DNA of 62,909 bases, filler included, from Choristocarpus tenellus KU-1152 (Eukaryota > Protista > Phaeophyceae), in NCBI GenBank assembly GCA_964200185.2. It is 10 parts of 10 records of this genome, joined end to end, with 100 filler letters (N's around TTAATTAATTAA, not from the genome) between each part and the next. Parts side by side here need not be neighbours in the genome. Positions count along the whole stretch, not along the records: positions 38,803 to 50,478 come from CAXNAD020002189.1; positions 50,579 to 55,367 come from CAXNAD020013051.1; 8 more parts are not named here. The stretch is one strand, 5' to 3'. Position numbers and translations under genes: made by a program. Below, piece after piece: positions 39,141-53,513 of this stretch. Position 1 is the stretch's first letter. Every line of letters begins with the position of its first letter. Under the pieces are notes generated by a model, which was not told the origin of the DNA, did no database searches, and was given only the letters and a program-made list of their open reading frames with translations.

Positions 39141-42100
39141 CTCCAAGTGAAGCTGGTCATGCGCCACCAAATAGTCAATGCCCCCTTTCAAGTCAATCCT
39201 CCTAAAGACCTCTTGAACAGGCAGGGCCTCTGAAACACGGTAGTTCAGATCACCCAGCCAAAACACCACATCATGATCCAGGACACCTATCCCTCCCTCC
39301 ACACGTTTACTTGAGAATTCACATGAGAGGCCCCGAAACTCCCTGCAGTTGGGGAATGCAGTCGAACGGGAAAAGGGCTCAGTGGAAAGTGGGGCAAGGG
39401 AAATGTGGACATAGGTTGAGCCATGACTGAAGGGAGTCAGAGTGAGGCGTGGGGGGAACAAATCCCTGGTGAAAATATCACAACTGCACCCAGCACAGCA
39501 ACTTGGGTTACCCAGTAGCACGCAGGTTGACATGCAAACCAGCATTAACACAAACACACAAGAACCCCCACAAACAACACAACACAACAGCTCCCTCTGT
39601 CTAATCCAACCCATTTACATTCACCTGGATCTCCCTATGCCTACACAACAAAGTTCCTAATCCTTCCACGCCCAATCGCTCTCCCAGCGCTTGTCATCTC
39701 CCATGCCACCCCTACCCGTAGCATTGCCAAAAACAGTTCAAACACACACTTTCACAGTACATTAATCTCATACCACCACCACCACAAGACCCTACCAGGC
39801 AGTTTCTGGGTCTCCCTCAAAGGTGGTTTTGGACAAGATACTGCGAAAATCGGCATTGCGTCCAGTCACATTCGATCTCTTTGCCGCCATGTGAGCACAC
39901 ACAAAGCACAAGGTAGTGTTGTACATGCAGAGTCGGAGCGAGGTCGCCCCCTTATTGCCCATCACACCCATAACGCCCACTCTGGCCATGGTCACCTATT
40001 ACCATCAACCATGGGATGGTGGCAAAGGCAGTGGGAATGTAGCCATGGTTGGTAACTGGGAATATACACATGTCAATTGTGCAGGCAGAATATGAGCCCA
40101 TCTTCCCGAGTATGTGATGTTTGTGAGTGTGAGTGTGAGTGAAGTACATGCGCTGTGCTTCAAGAGCCAAGGCAAGTATCCGCTTAGAAAAGATCACTGC
40201 CACCAAACACACCAGCAGTTGATCAAGACCACAATGCACTAGGATGATAATGTATGGGGCGCATAAATTAGCTGCCCTACATTACTTTGTGTTCATGACA
40301 CACTCAAGGGTGGGAGCCAGGAAAAGTTCACTACTACTACTACTATGTTGTAATACACTGTTGTTCCAAGAAACACACACACACACACACACACACAGAC
40401 TCAAACCACTCTCTTGTCATCAGACATCCTACTCCTTGTACGAAACATTGGATGAGACAACAACCAGTATATAATCACAGGCATACTTAAGAGTAGTGTA
40501 ATGCCTCCACTTACAAAACTGAAAAGAAATGCTGTGTTGGTGGATAGGATAAGGGTGATAATTGGGCTTCCACTCAGGGCGGGCATACACCAAATCTCAG
40601 ACACACAGTCAAGCCAAAAAGAGCTCCAATGTGCCATTCCTTTTGTCCCTAACCCACTAGTCTAATATGCATTTGAGCACTTACTAGAATTCACGACTGC
40701 ATATAATATCAGCGGTACATTCTATCACCCCACCAATAGTGGAGATCAGGCTGGTGTTGAGCATTCATGGCTGATGGGCCAGGGTTTCACACTAGACCTC
40801 AACTTCTTGTGGATGCTGAGAACACAAAAGCACACATCTATGTCCCTGACTTCAGCATGGGCACTGCCATGAAGATAAGTGGATGAGCAACATCAAAAAA
40901 GCTTCCATATCAACTAGTGACCACTTTCAGAGTACTCTAGTCGTATGTCATGGTATGCAGATACTCATACCAATATTGGTTAAAAATTGATTATCCCCCC
41001 CCAAAATAAGGGCAGCAATTCTCTATAAAGGTTTGGTTCCAGCAGATTCATTTCGCGTCAGTCTGACTTGCCACAGCAGGAGCAACCAAATCCCTCTTAT
41101 CTTCCAGCGGGAGGTAGATGAGAAAAGCAATTGCATCCTCTAGAATGATTGGTGCCACTGCACAATACATCCCCCCTGGGTTGAGAGTTTGCTCAAGTAG
41201 AGGATATAAGTTGAATCACCAATGCTTCTTTTCAAAAACTTGTTCCAAAGCAGCACACTTACCAAAAAAATGAGTCCAAGGGAGTCGATCTTGATATCCC
41301 ATTGTGATTGGCTAATCCAACTATGACCAAGAAAGGAGAGTGTGGAGTTGTACAGGAGATGGTCCCAGTATGATACTGGCAACATTACCATTTGTGGCAC
41401 GATCTAGGTCTCCTTTAGGTACCTATGAGATGGCACTGCATCTTACTGATACAGCAAAACTGTGCGTTTGATACTGAACACACATTATACAGCTCAGCAA
41501 AAGTTCGTCCCATCCAAAAACGCACAGAACCTCTCCTCCTCGTCTTGCATGGAACCATTGCCATATTCTTCCTGTCACACCTGAACATCCTGGACTGCCC
41601 CCAGGAGTGCATCCTTCACGTAGACAAAGAGGGTGATACCCACCAGTGTCTTCTGCTCCAAAATGCGGTATTGACTCTTCTGCATCTGCAGAAACCGCTC
41701 TAGCTCAGATCGCCACTCGGCCGCTCGCTTGAGAGATGAATATCAAGGGAAAGAAGACACAAAGGGAAAAGGTGCATCCAAAAGTTACCATTACAATCCG
41801 TTCACATGAGGTCAAGATTGAAATAATCTTCTACCATTAGCTGATTTCAGCAGCAAAAAAGAAAAGCCTTGGCCTATAAAGATGTCTGAACTCTGTTTTT
41901 GGGACAAAGGTTAGAGAAGTTTGCAACAAAAAATTGGTGGCAAAGTGTGTTTATGCCACGTTTGCATGTGTGAGTATACACTGGAAGACAGCTGTATGTG
42001 ACAAATGTTGGTCAGATATGACGATTTAAGCACACAGCGAAATGAAGTATTTCGGCGCAACACCATGACTCCCGATTAAGGACGGCTGCTTCCCTGACCT

Positions 42101-43130
42101 GGGACCGTTCTAGGCGCATCCAAGTCTCAAGATTGCCAAAATGCAATCTCACCTGCTGGCTCTTGCTGTCCGATACAGCAACATTTACAGCATTGAGGTC
42201 CACAATTTCTTGAAATCTGGTTTGTAAATTGCAGTTCGTGCAAGTTGGCACAGGAGGGAATGAGAAGTAGAGAGTAAGGCTGGAAAAGGATATGTCGAGA
42301 CGGTTTCTGGTTGGAGGAGCCCACGTCACCAAGACCAATTATCAGTAAGAAGAGCATGCTCAGTGTCTGCAGAGCAAACAGGCCCGATCTTGCGCCGAGT
42401 TTTTTTCCGCCTGATGTATCACATTTCGGACTGGCGTGCACATAATGATACCGTCCAGATCAGAATGGCCAACCCTTACTCACCCAACAGCATACAAGTC
42501 CGGCTCGACTGGGTGTGCTAGCCATGCACTGAGGTCTTCCCCCTCGGGCTTCTTTCCAGCAACATTGTAGGTTCCACAGAACACTGTGATCTCGGAATAT
42601 GTGCAGAAAATGTCTTGCCTGCCAAGGAAGGGCGGAATCTCATGAAAGATTGTTCAAAAATGTTGAACTGGAGGTATGATCATGAAGGGATGACAAGGCC
42701 GCAACTTCGTAGTTCACAAAGTAACGGTGTCATAGATTCGCATAGTAAATATCTCGCCTGGAGGATAATGCAGATACTGTTTTCTGCAAAGTCTGGCAGT
42801 GTTGTAGGAACTTCCACTTACCTCTCCCTCATCCGATCACTAACCCACTTCTTGCGGATGTTGTAGACACCCTCCTCATTGACTAGCCTACCACCGCCGA
42901 GCTCTCGGTCTTCCGACCTTGGGAGTATTATCTTGTTCACAGAATCACCACGTCTGTGGCCGTTTCCTCCATGGCCCACGCTGGATGGCGTCAACTTTTC
43001 ATCTCCCAACAGCCCTGAATCATCTACCCAATCGACCTCATCATCCAATCCCCACTTATCACTTTTTCGTCCTCGAAATGCTTTCATAGTGATCACCCCA
43101 ACACGTTCTGTAGGGCTTGCTTCTCTGGGC
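39141..43130 (-). CDS. Inositol polyphosphate 5-phosphatase (OCRL/INPP5B type), partial; further 5' exons likely up to ~49930
   Basis: Exons ~42822-43130, 42484-42618 (VFCGTYNVAG..PDLYAVG), 42153-42216 (FQEIVDL), 41581-41727, 39796-39995 (GNKGA..CFVCAHMAA..RNADF), 39141-39309 (HDVVFWLGDLNYRV..DQL). Confidence 0.92.
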
Positions 43131-45909
43131 TCTGTCAAGTTTGCAAGCTCATGGGCAAGGATCAAGCATCCCTGTAGACAACTGTGTTGGAGAAATTTAA
43201 AAGAAATTGAGAAAAACAGAATGCCTCTGGGTGAATCCACAGTTTCGTTGTTTCCTTCAAAAAAACACACCAAACCTTGACCTGAGACCAGGATCACTTT
43301 TAACATACCTTGTACTATTTGTCACTGGTGAAACCCCACATCGATACCTCCCCCAGGGAGCGGAGTAAGGTGGAAAAGTGGCGGCGGTGGCATGGGATTC
43401 CTCAAAGGAAACAAGTCGTTGAGATCTCCCCAACAAAGTCAAGAAAGTACTTGGGCAATGGATCCACGGGCACTCTCATGGAAGGATCGACAACGGAAAC
43501 GCGTACCGCGCATTGACTTGGACAACAATCCATTCTGTGTGGAGAGAAGACTAGGAGCTGAACTTGATCTAATGCAACTTAATAAGGTCAGTGGAGGATG
43601 GGATGGGTACTGATGTTGAACAGACATAAGGACCACATCGACTCTACTGTCAAGGAAAATCCTCTTGTTTCAGAGACCCCGATAATTTGCTTAACCGCTC
43701 AACCAGCACTTGGCTTTGGCTTTACCAATTAGTAAGAACTTATCTCTCCGAGCATTTATCCATAATTATTCCTGCTCTCTCCCTCTGTCGTTTAATGGAC
43801 TGCGTTGTTGTTCATGCCTGGGATTTTCTGATTTTCGCCTGGAATGGGAAGAATGCATCCTTGGGTCGGTTTACTTCGGCGGACATCCATCGAAGTAACA
43901 GTTTCATGGTGGACAAAAATGTGAGGAGTGGTCCATTCCTTTGATGACGCGAAATTGATTAGTTGTATAAGGTACCTCCAAAAGCACTCGAGTATTTGGG
44001 ACACAGAGCTCCTGCATGTAACCTGCACATGGTTCAACTACCATAGGTTCAGCACACCAGATCACCAACCTCGATCTTCATACCACCCCCTCCATCTGCA
44101 ATTTAAACAAAGAAAACCGCCAAAGCATTGGCAAGGAAAAAACACAGGTTACTGACCAAGTTTCTTGGTGACCAGGGCAGAGACAGGAAGGACCACTTCG
44201 AGTTGTGCCAGGTTGAGGAGGGGGTATCTCATAGTTGTGACCTAGATGTTGAGATGATCCCTGACCTGGAGCCATACCGAAGGGAGCTCATGATGCAAGC
44301 ACCAATCACATTTGGTCACCGACCTAGCTCAGGCTCTCGCATGTTTAACCCTACAACTATGACCACCTCATGCCGAGAGGGCTGCAGTGGGGAGAGGAAC
44401 AGGAAAGTTGGAGTCAACCGAATAGGAAATGCAGGCTTGGGAATAGCTGCAGGGGAAATGTCCAGGACACAGAGGGGAAGGCCTCAAGCTGGCCTCAGTG
44501 TGTCAATGTTGAAGGATCTCTTGATTGGGGGAAACATCAAACAGATAGGGAAGAGCAGGGGGTCAGAGGGGGTGGGAAGAACCGTTGCACATATAGCAAC
44601 AGATGGAGATACTCCCATGGTCCTAAGATGTGGTTTGCCTAGTGATGAACCCTCTGGTCACGAATCATTGGCAACTTCTGTACATAAGGTATCCGGAGTT
44701 AGAACAAGGCTAGCACTTCAACAAACCTTTCTTAATGATGAGGGAAAGGGTAACAAAAAAAAGTGCTTTGAAAGGGAAGACAAGGCTGAAAAGGAGCTTC
44801 GCAGGATATTCTCAAATGAGGTATGAATTAAATATATAAGGAAAGCAAAGCTTGAGCAACCTTAGCAGTCCTCAATCAAAATTGATACCACAATTGACAG
44901 CATTGCTTACGTCTCTTCAAGTGGGTGCAAAACTGATGTACTGCTACATGAACTTTTTCATGATTTATTTAATCTGGAGTAGTGCATGTATGTTTCTTGA
45001 AGTATATCAGGACAATAAAACCAATTGCTTCATATTGTGTGTGAATTCAAATTCTCTCACAGCCTCAAATCTCTTTCCCTATTTAAAGATCTTGGACAAA
45101 ATCAACACATGTTGGTAGGATTTCTCGAACAGGCAACATAAAAATAAGCACAACCAGCATTTTTTTTTACTGGATTAACTTGAACCTTTTCCCACTCTCA
45201 ACTCCTTCTTGCCCACTTCTAGAAGGCTTGGTACACTGCCCCTCAAACGCCCAAAAGGCAAGATAATGACAGTAGCATGTTTGCATCCACACCTCTCTCA
45301 CTTCTTCTTTGTCTAACATTTGCAAAAAGCGCCCACCGTGGGATAATACACCGGCACCACTCCCAGCACCTTGTGATACCCGGCGAGCTGTCAGTGAGCT
45401 CTTGATGCCAAACCCTGATGAGCGGATTAGGGACAAGCTTTCAAGGACAAGAAAGGCAGCGGCCGGTATCCCAGTCACACCTACCACTAGCACACCTTCT
45501 GCAGCGTCTGCCACTCATGTCATCAATGTAAGGGTGCTGAATGTGAACCCATGCTACAAAACATATTGGGTGCAGACCTATAGGTGGTCATACAATCCCC
45601 AGTTCCAGAGCCGACTGAACCCCATAACAGCTAAAGGTTATCATGCACTACGTAGTACTTCATACGGAGTAGGTAGATTCATTGCAGCCACATCCTTTTC
45701 TGGAAAACAAGAAAAGGCTTGTCATCAGTAACTAACTCAACTCAAAAGGTAGAATATATTTAATAATCCATATGATATAGCACTGAGGGATGCCGAAGAT
45801 GTCATGGATGGGGGACATCTACAGTATACATATTTTCACATCGTAGAGTCTGCATGTGCTGCAAACACCGATAGCACCAAACAATTTAACCTGTGTGCAA
45901 TACAGCAAT

Positions 45910-46167
45910 GAGTGAAAGTATCTTAGAGGGTACGAGTTTTGCCCTGTTTGTCCATTTGGGGCTTGGTTTCCCATGGGGTTTTTTATGACATTTTCCTACT
46001 CCAAAATATTTCAGAGTAGGTAAGATACGTACCTTATGAAAAGTTGTGTTCAGAACAAGGATATTGACACTTCCTAACAACACAATAGCCAAAGTTACAT
46101 CAAAATCACAACATTGGATTTTGGCCCCCAAATGGACGCGGCCCTACCCTCTAAGATACTTTGGCTC
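45910..46167. mobile_element. MITE family C copy with 4-bp TSD CAAT
   Basis: TIR GAGTGAAAGTATCTTAGAGGGTA / TACCCTCTAAGATACTTTGGCTC; CAAT at 45906-45909 and 46168-46171. Confidence 0.9.
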
Positions 46168-47848
46168 CAATACTCCTGTTTCTACCAGGAGATCGCCCAG
46201 GGTGTGTGGAAGATTAGAAAATATGATTTTCTCCCAACTGACCTCTTCTATGTACACCATTCTACTCAATGTTTCTCGTTCATGAATGCACCTGCTTTGT
46301 GCGCCTTGATGGGGCGGTGTGTGTTGGCAACTGACTCTTCTCTGAGCAGAACACTTCAACCAACTCTTCCAGACCATGGAATCCACTACCCGTGTCACCC
46401 CGTACCCTAAATGCTAATAATGACATCCGAAGACTGGTAAAGGAGCGTTTTGACCGTGATCAAGTCATGGCCCGTCGAGTGAAACGAGCACAACTCAGGT
46501 GGGATTGCTGAATCGCCACAATCCCAGAAACGTCCCTTCTGTAAAATGAAGTGAACTGGGTGCCAAGCGGAGTTGGGTATTAGCAGTGAAGGCATTACAA
46601 GTGATTTGTGGAAGACGACCACTCCCCCTCTTGTTGCTTGACAGAATAGTTAATAAGTAGTTAAACTTCTCAACATAGGCCAGCCGATGCCTCTAGATTG
46701 CCACATGTTGAGGAAGATTGTGAATTACCATTGACACCCTGGCGAGATTCTGTGTAAAGTGGATTTGTGTGATGACTTAGAGCACCTAACAATATCATCC
46801 CAGTCGTAAAAAACAGTAAGGTCCCTACCATCGAAGTGGATTAGAAGCCTGTAGACAATGTGGGGGGGGAGTGTAGAGGGGATGCAGTTGCCTGTACGTT
46901 TAGAGTAGGTGTCGAACATGAAGAATAAGCCATTCTATGACACACCTCTCCTACTTTTTCCATTTCCAACTAATTTTTCGCCCGTTCCAGTGTTCAATTC
47001 CAAAAGATAGCAGGGTCAGAAGGGGCATACCAGAGGACACTGAATGAGTGCAGGGCAAGAACAGAAACTCTAGTTAGGCACAAGGGATGAAGGGAAAGGA
47101 AGGAGAGGAGGGTGAACGACTAAGGCAGAGGCACAGAGGGGGCGGGGGTTTAGGGGAAAGGGCTTTGGTTGAACCTTCTGCATGCATGGCTGTACAAAGA
47201 TGTGCTGATGTGTGCCGAAATTTTGAGAGCCTCGATGAGGAGAACTGCTTATGCCCTATTTGGCTAGATCATTTTTGCCCACTGTGGCAACACGCCTCAC
47301 ACCCTGAGTCCTATAGAGTACAAAATTTACTCAAGCATATGCTCTCCCATGGTTGTGGATATTTTTTTATCGAGTAATTGGGGAACCAGCTCCTGAAAAC
47401 AGTCAAGGTGAAGAGATTTAATACCAGGTGGCTGTGGAAATCGAAACACCCCCCATCAGTGAACTTTGCTTTCTCTGTGCTCTGGGCATGATTTCTCTAA
47501 GGTGTATTGAGAAAACACATCCTCACCCTTACTTGTCCCTTGTCTGGGCTTCCTCGTCCACTGCCCCACAGGTACACATGTTTTTTCTCAGTTGATCAAG
47601 CTCCACAATGCTCCAGTAAAGATACATGTATAGAATCCCCATGTGTTTGCCAGAGGTCTCGCTCTGCAAAAATATACACAGGTCTCACCCCCACAGCAGC
47701 AGCAGCAATCAGATAGAATGGTGTACGTTATTTCATGTACATCCCCAGTTCTGGTGTAGCTAAGTTCCACAATAGAAGAGATATATATCTAGAACGAGCA
47801 GAACTCTCTGTTTCATCGTAGTAGTTTCAGTCCCTAGGTTTCCCATGC

Positions 47849-48108
47849 GAGCCAAAACAATTGAGAGGTAGGCAGGTTTGGACCCTTTTGCATTTTATGT
47901 CTTCTTTCCTACCCTTTGCAATACGATCTATTTCACTGCCTTCTGTGCATAATAGTGTGTGCAAAATCGATATTCGCCCATTACATGCACAAAGTGATAC
48001 CACAATTCAGCAAAGGTCCTTGCTGCTGTTGTACCAAATGACGTGTTTTGTGCTCTTTCTTTGGATCCTTAAAATGCAACTCTGCCTACCCCCCAGTTGG
48101 TTTGGCTC
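47849..48108 (-). mobile_element. MITE family A copy (inverted)
   Basis: Reverse-complement homolog of 21169-21431. Confidence 0.8.
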
Positions 48109-48311
48109 ATGGTAGGATGGATCAAGGCGAATCATCATCCTATATCATTCTTGATTCATCCCTTTGCCTTTATGGTGCTGTAGAAAGTATGATACCCATG
48201 CTGTCAACCCTGATTAAGGCAGATCCCCAGAGGTCTCCTTTGGCAGTGCTACAAGTATTGACAAAATATGAATTTGATTCCTGCTTTTGTCTTCTTTTCA
48301 AATGAGCTATT

Positions 48312-48486
48312 GACTCAAGTATCTAGGGGGGGGATCTACACCAGGGTGTCCATTCGGGTCCTGAGTAGGAAAAGTGCACTTACATTATCCATCTGGCGCA
48401 TGTAACTAAATCACAAAAAAATCACGACATGGAAAAATTGGCCCCGATTGGACAGTCGCCACCCCCCCCCCCAGATAGTTTCAGCC
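48312..48486. mobile_element. MITE family B copy with 4-bp TSD TATT
   Basis: GACTCAAGTATCTAGGGGGG...CCCCAGATAGTTTCAGCC flanked by TATT on both sides. Confidence 0.85.
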
Positions 48487-48659
48487 TATTGTGAAGAGAT
48501 AAAATCATTCCCTGAATGTCTCTGGGTGATGAACTAACTGCGTCATACTTTGGTATTCCTTGGGACTATCCAGGAGTACGGCAGTAAGCCTTGAGCTCGT
48601 CTGCAGTAAAAAGAGCTCAGGAGTCAATTAAACAAATACAATTGGTACACACAACCATG

Positions 48660-48839
48660 GACCCAAAGTATCTGGGGGGGAGGGGGGGTGTCTACGCTAG
48701 GGTGTCCATTTGACCCCAAATCAGGAAAAGTGTATTTACATAATCCCTCCGACGTATGCAACCAAATCACCCAAACATCGCGACAAGAAAAAAACGACCC
48801 CAAATGGACAGCCGCCACCCCCCCCAGATACTTTAAGCC
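48660..48839. mobile_element. MITE family B copy
   Basis: GACCCAAAGTATCTGGGGGG...CCCCCAGATACTTTAAGCC. Confidence 0.85.
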
Positions 48840-50739
48840 ATGCGCTAACCTTGACCATTTAGAGGGAAACATTCAGCACTTCCGGGAGATCTTGACCATC
48901 CACAGTGCAATACCATTGCCAAGGTGCTTGTGAGTGAATAAGAACACTGAGCTGACTGAACTAGCACACTATGGGGGACAATGGGGGAGTGTATGAATGT
49001 TGCAATTTCCCCCTTTCCATCTTTCCCATCTTAAATACGTCATCCTCCACATGGTGATGGTGCCAATGGCATTGATTTACTCCCTCCTCCACTCCTCTCG
49101 ATGCCCTACCTTCAAGTCATCAAAGTTACTCAAGGTGCTCCACAAAAAGAAAATCTGAATGGAGTACTAGAGCTATATCTAAGAGCAAGTGCTCTCACCA
49201 GAATCCAGCAGTCTCTCATTTTCCGTCATCTACCTGTGGCGAGAGGAGGTTGAACCAATATACTTAGTATATCGAGATGTCATCAGAACACTACAGTTCC
49301 ACATATGCACAGTCCTGCCACGACTTTTAATGCAATACAGCTACCCCATGTTGAGTGCAATAAACGTTTGGCCTGGACTATGACAACTCACTACCTTGTT
49401 GTGCATAGAACATTAATGCCCAAGTACAATGCTTTGTGTGATTCAAAGTAGACTCTCTGTTATCAGAGATCTTCTGCTTTAATAGCTATGTCTATTGGGC
49501 ACCCTGGAATTCAAACTTTGTGCTTGCTACTGAAAATTTTATCTCGCCAGAACAAGCCTCAGCAGGGGAAGTTAGTTCAGCCTCTGCTGCCAAAATTGAA
49601 GACAAAGATTGATTCTCACCCCTTCCGTGAAGTCTGCGAAAGGGTTATAGCTGTCGTCTCCATTGCCTTCCTTGTCCCCTTCAGATAACCCTTCCTCAAA
49701 ATCGACAAATGGATTGTATGCCTTTCCTTTCGCTCCTTCATCCTTGTCATTCTTCAAGGGCGAGTTAGTTATGGCACTGTGAGCTGAGTGCAGCCAGAAG
49801 CCTGGACTGCAAGCATGACAACCCGACAAGCAAGTACTCTCAAGTATGTATTCAGCAAATCGCTCTTGTTCTTGTCGAGTGATTTGCTTCTTTGCTCGGT
49901 CAAACCTTCTGACCGGCGAAAAACTTGACACAACTGTTGCTGATACTAAGCGATACAGATGTGTAGCCTCAGGAGCTGGGTCAGTGTGGCCATGTCAAAA
50001 AAAGGTGTGGTGCGTATCTTGTTTTCGAGGTACTACTTGTTGTACTCCGGAGTGTATATTTTGAGCTTGTAGCAGATTTAAGAACTTTTGAGACTCTCAA
50101 CTTCCCAAAAATTCTTGCAAAGACCAGTATCATTACTCAAATCATGCTTAATAGCAAGGGCACATGTGCCCCCACAAAACTTGGAGTCAAAATATACTAG
50201 AGGAGGGGGAGTTTAGCCCAGGTTTTCCATTCGGGGCTTGATCAGGTGTTGTAAGATACCCCAGTTTGATGACCATTTTGAGAACGATGTTCCTTTGAAC
50301 TTGGTTCAGGCAAGGGAAAGGAAAAGGGGGGTGAGTTCAGAAGAAGAAAATTGCCCTTACCTCTGACACATTTGTTCATACTCCAGAGTATGACATGGAA
50401 ATCACAACAGGGTCACACAGGCCCTAAATGGACGCTTTGACCGGTGGCTCAAAGCATCTGGGGGGGGGGGGGGGGGGGNNNNNNNNNNNNNNNNNNNNNN
50501 NNNNNNNNNNNNNNNNNNNNNNTTAATTAATTAANNNNNNNNNNNNNNNNNNNNNNNNNNNNNNNNNNNNNNNNNNNNGTTAGCTAGGGCTGGCAGGGTG
50601 GGGGGGGGGGTGAGGTTCAAGAAAGGGGGGGTTGATGCAGGGGGGGGTGTTCAGACCAACAAGGAGCCGGAAACGGTGATGGGGATGCTGAGCAGGACAG
50701 TAGGAAGTCATACCAAAGAATATCACCACAGTTACTTCA

Positions 50740-51600
50740 CCAACCCTAGGGGCAGTTTCCAAGGCTGAACATTCTGATGGCGTAGAAAACTGAGTATGGA
50801 GTCAGACCTCGGAAACACTTACATGTGATACAGAATACGTCAGGTATGAGCATTACTCAGGAGGCGTTACTATTGAGGGCAGAAGAGATGTGAATTTTGT
50901 GGTAAGAAATACCCGTGAAAATGCGATGCCTACAGGGGTGGATATTGAAAAGATAAGCTGCCAAGGACTCCCATGTTGTGCCTGAGCTTGGTGTGCAGTT
51001 ATATTCACTGGAGATATTTGCAAATGATGGGTAATGAACCTATCCAACTCCTGAGGGCATTGACTATAAATGGACATAAAGTATTCCACCAAGATGGGGA
51101 ATGGTACTTGAAGTATACTCAGGGAGGAGATGAGGGTTTGTATACCGTGGGGTCTCATGGGGGCAATGAATGCAGAGCTTCTTCAACAACGCTCCCCTGC
51201 CTCTAACTTCAACTCCTGCACCCAGTGGATTGACGGAACTCATGGCCCAGAACACGTCTGCATCCATTAATGCGAATGAGATGCACATATGCTTGCACAG
51301 GGGATCAGTGAAAAGGCATGTATCAGTTAAAGATATGGGGGATGTTCTGGTGGGAAAGCTCTCTCAGTAAGGCTTATCGCTGACCAGTATGGAAGAACAT
51401 GACCAGCAGGTTGGCCATGAAATTGGGATGGCTCTTCAAAGATCTTGCTGGTTGGAAGTCCATAGGAAACAAGAGGAGCAAACACTGTTATTACTATGTA
51501 TCTGGAAGATTATGAAACATGCACAAAATGGACCTACTACATGCGAAACAAGACTGCTGCTGCTCCAGGTTTATGGTCTATGTACAAATATTTTTATGTG
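50740..51600 (+). mobile_element. Highly decayed RTE-like LINE relic
   Basis: Fragmentary similarity to the post-RT region of RTE ORFs (..LQRSCW..RKQEEQTLL..TCETRLLL..G); many stops. Confidence 0.35.
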
Positions 51601-51834
51601 AAGGTTGAAGGAGTGGTCATTCCTACTCAGGAACCTTGTACCATAATCATGTACTGAGTACAACTCAATGTTAAGGAATGGTGTACAAATCCTGACTTGG
51701 TGATGTAGCCTTGTTTGTTATCATCTACACATGATTTGTAGGTATCACTCCCCATTTTACGAGAACGGAAAAAGATTTGTCCCCATGTATTGAGAGAAGA
51801 TAATTGTGTAACTATGATCTTCCCCTACCTTATC

Positions 51835-51981
51835 TTCATGTACAAATCTTACGCTGCGATTTGAAGGGAAAGAACAATTGTACACAAATTTCATGTTATG
51901 ATTTAACAGGAAAGAACAATTGTGTATCAATCTTAGGTTGTTAAAATCCGGTAGGAAAACATTGTGTACAATTTTTAGGTT
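51835..51981. repeat. Degenerate ~42-bp tandem repeat x3
   Basis: Recurring GGAAAGAACAATTGT at about 42-nt spacing. Confidence 0.65.
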
Positions 51982-53513
51982 AATACTACTACCGTAACTA
52001 CACAGTCCTTCGTTCCCTAACCCTAGTTGTTCCATGAAAAGTGTTAAAAACATCACCCCCTCTTCTAAACTAGCACATTGTGGAAGCTCTAATAGGGTCC
52101 TGGGTAAACACGATGTCTGTAGAGTGCCATACAGGTGTTGACTTTTATTTGTTAAAAACATGCACCAGTATATCATTCTGTGCGTGTCAGTGGTCAGTTG
52201 TCGCATTTATAATCTTGCGTAGCAGTAGCACCACTCTTGTGTTTAAAGCATGTGCAAATGTTTGTCGTACCACTCACCTTTCCATGAAACATGTACAAAT
52301 ATTTATATGTACCACTCTCCTATCTCTAAAAAATGTATAGTTCCCTGGTACCAAGAGTTGGAAGTATATTGGCTTACATATCATGCGGCATAATGCACAT
52401 TGTTGGAATAAAATGAGGAGTCGATCAAGTTCCGTAAGGTGGTAGATTCAAGCATACTGACACGAGAACGAGGGGAGGATTAGATTTGGATACGTGAAGA
52501 CTAGGGATCAGCACATGCATTTCAAATGCCTAACCACAGTCATAGTGAATTTCGCTAAAAGGACAAAATCGTACTGAATATGGGATAGGACACTGATGAT
52601 TGACGGAAAGCAGAGTTTGATTTGGTGTAAGTGTTGGATTAAAATAGTTCTTATACCACCATATAACTTCACAGGAGGGAAGTGCGTAAAAATCTATACT
52701 TGATACTCATGGACGATGATGATTTAGAATATACACAAGTATTGTGCCCACGGTTAGTAGGACATGGCAAACGGTATCCTATAAAATTGGAACAATCGAG
52801 TAAGGTATTCTCAAAGTACGTATCTAGAGTTGTAGTATCAGCAAGCAGTTTATAACAGAATGAGCTCTGGAATAGTGCAAGTTGGTAGCGTGAGTAATGA
52901 CAGAGCGGCCCACCTCGGATGAGCTGCTCACTTGCTGAACAGTTGCCTAGGTAAGTACTAATACAGAAGGGACTCTACATACAAGGGAAATCCAACTTCA
53001 GCACCCGTTCACCTAAGAAGCACAACCCTCTTAGTGACGGATGGATCTCTGGAAAATGGAAAGAAACAATAACCAAAATTCGTTCATTCTTCGCCATACT
53101 GTTCTATTTCGAAAAAACATACTGTACTTACTGTATGTGACTTTATCAAGTGGACTTTACTGGTTGTAATAGTCACCACGAAGTCAGGTAATGCCCTACA
53201 CTCGAAGCAATCTAAAATATTCGGTAGTGTATAAAACAAACAGCTTCATATATTCAATATCGAAACTGCAACAACGTAGGTGGAACAAAATAGTGGAGAT
53301 AACAAAGTGCTCATTATTAGAATAGTAATTCTGAGTCAAGTCAAAGGAGAAATGGGGTTGGAGGGCAGCTCCATGAAGTAAAGATGGGGTTTCAAATGGT
53401 TGCTCCTACATCAGGTCATTCTCACCTCACCCTATGAATAGAATAAATCCACTGTGACCAACATTTCATGCATATTTGACTGAGAACACAGTCCTTCGAC
53501 GTCTCGTACTCAC

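Noticed and set aside
51835-51981. CRISPR-like array
   Set aside because: It is a degenerate tandem repeat without unique spacers or cas genes, in a eukaryotic context.
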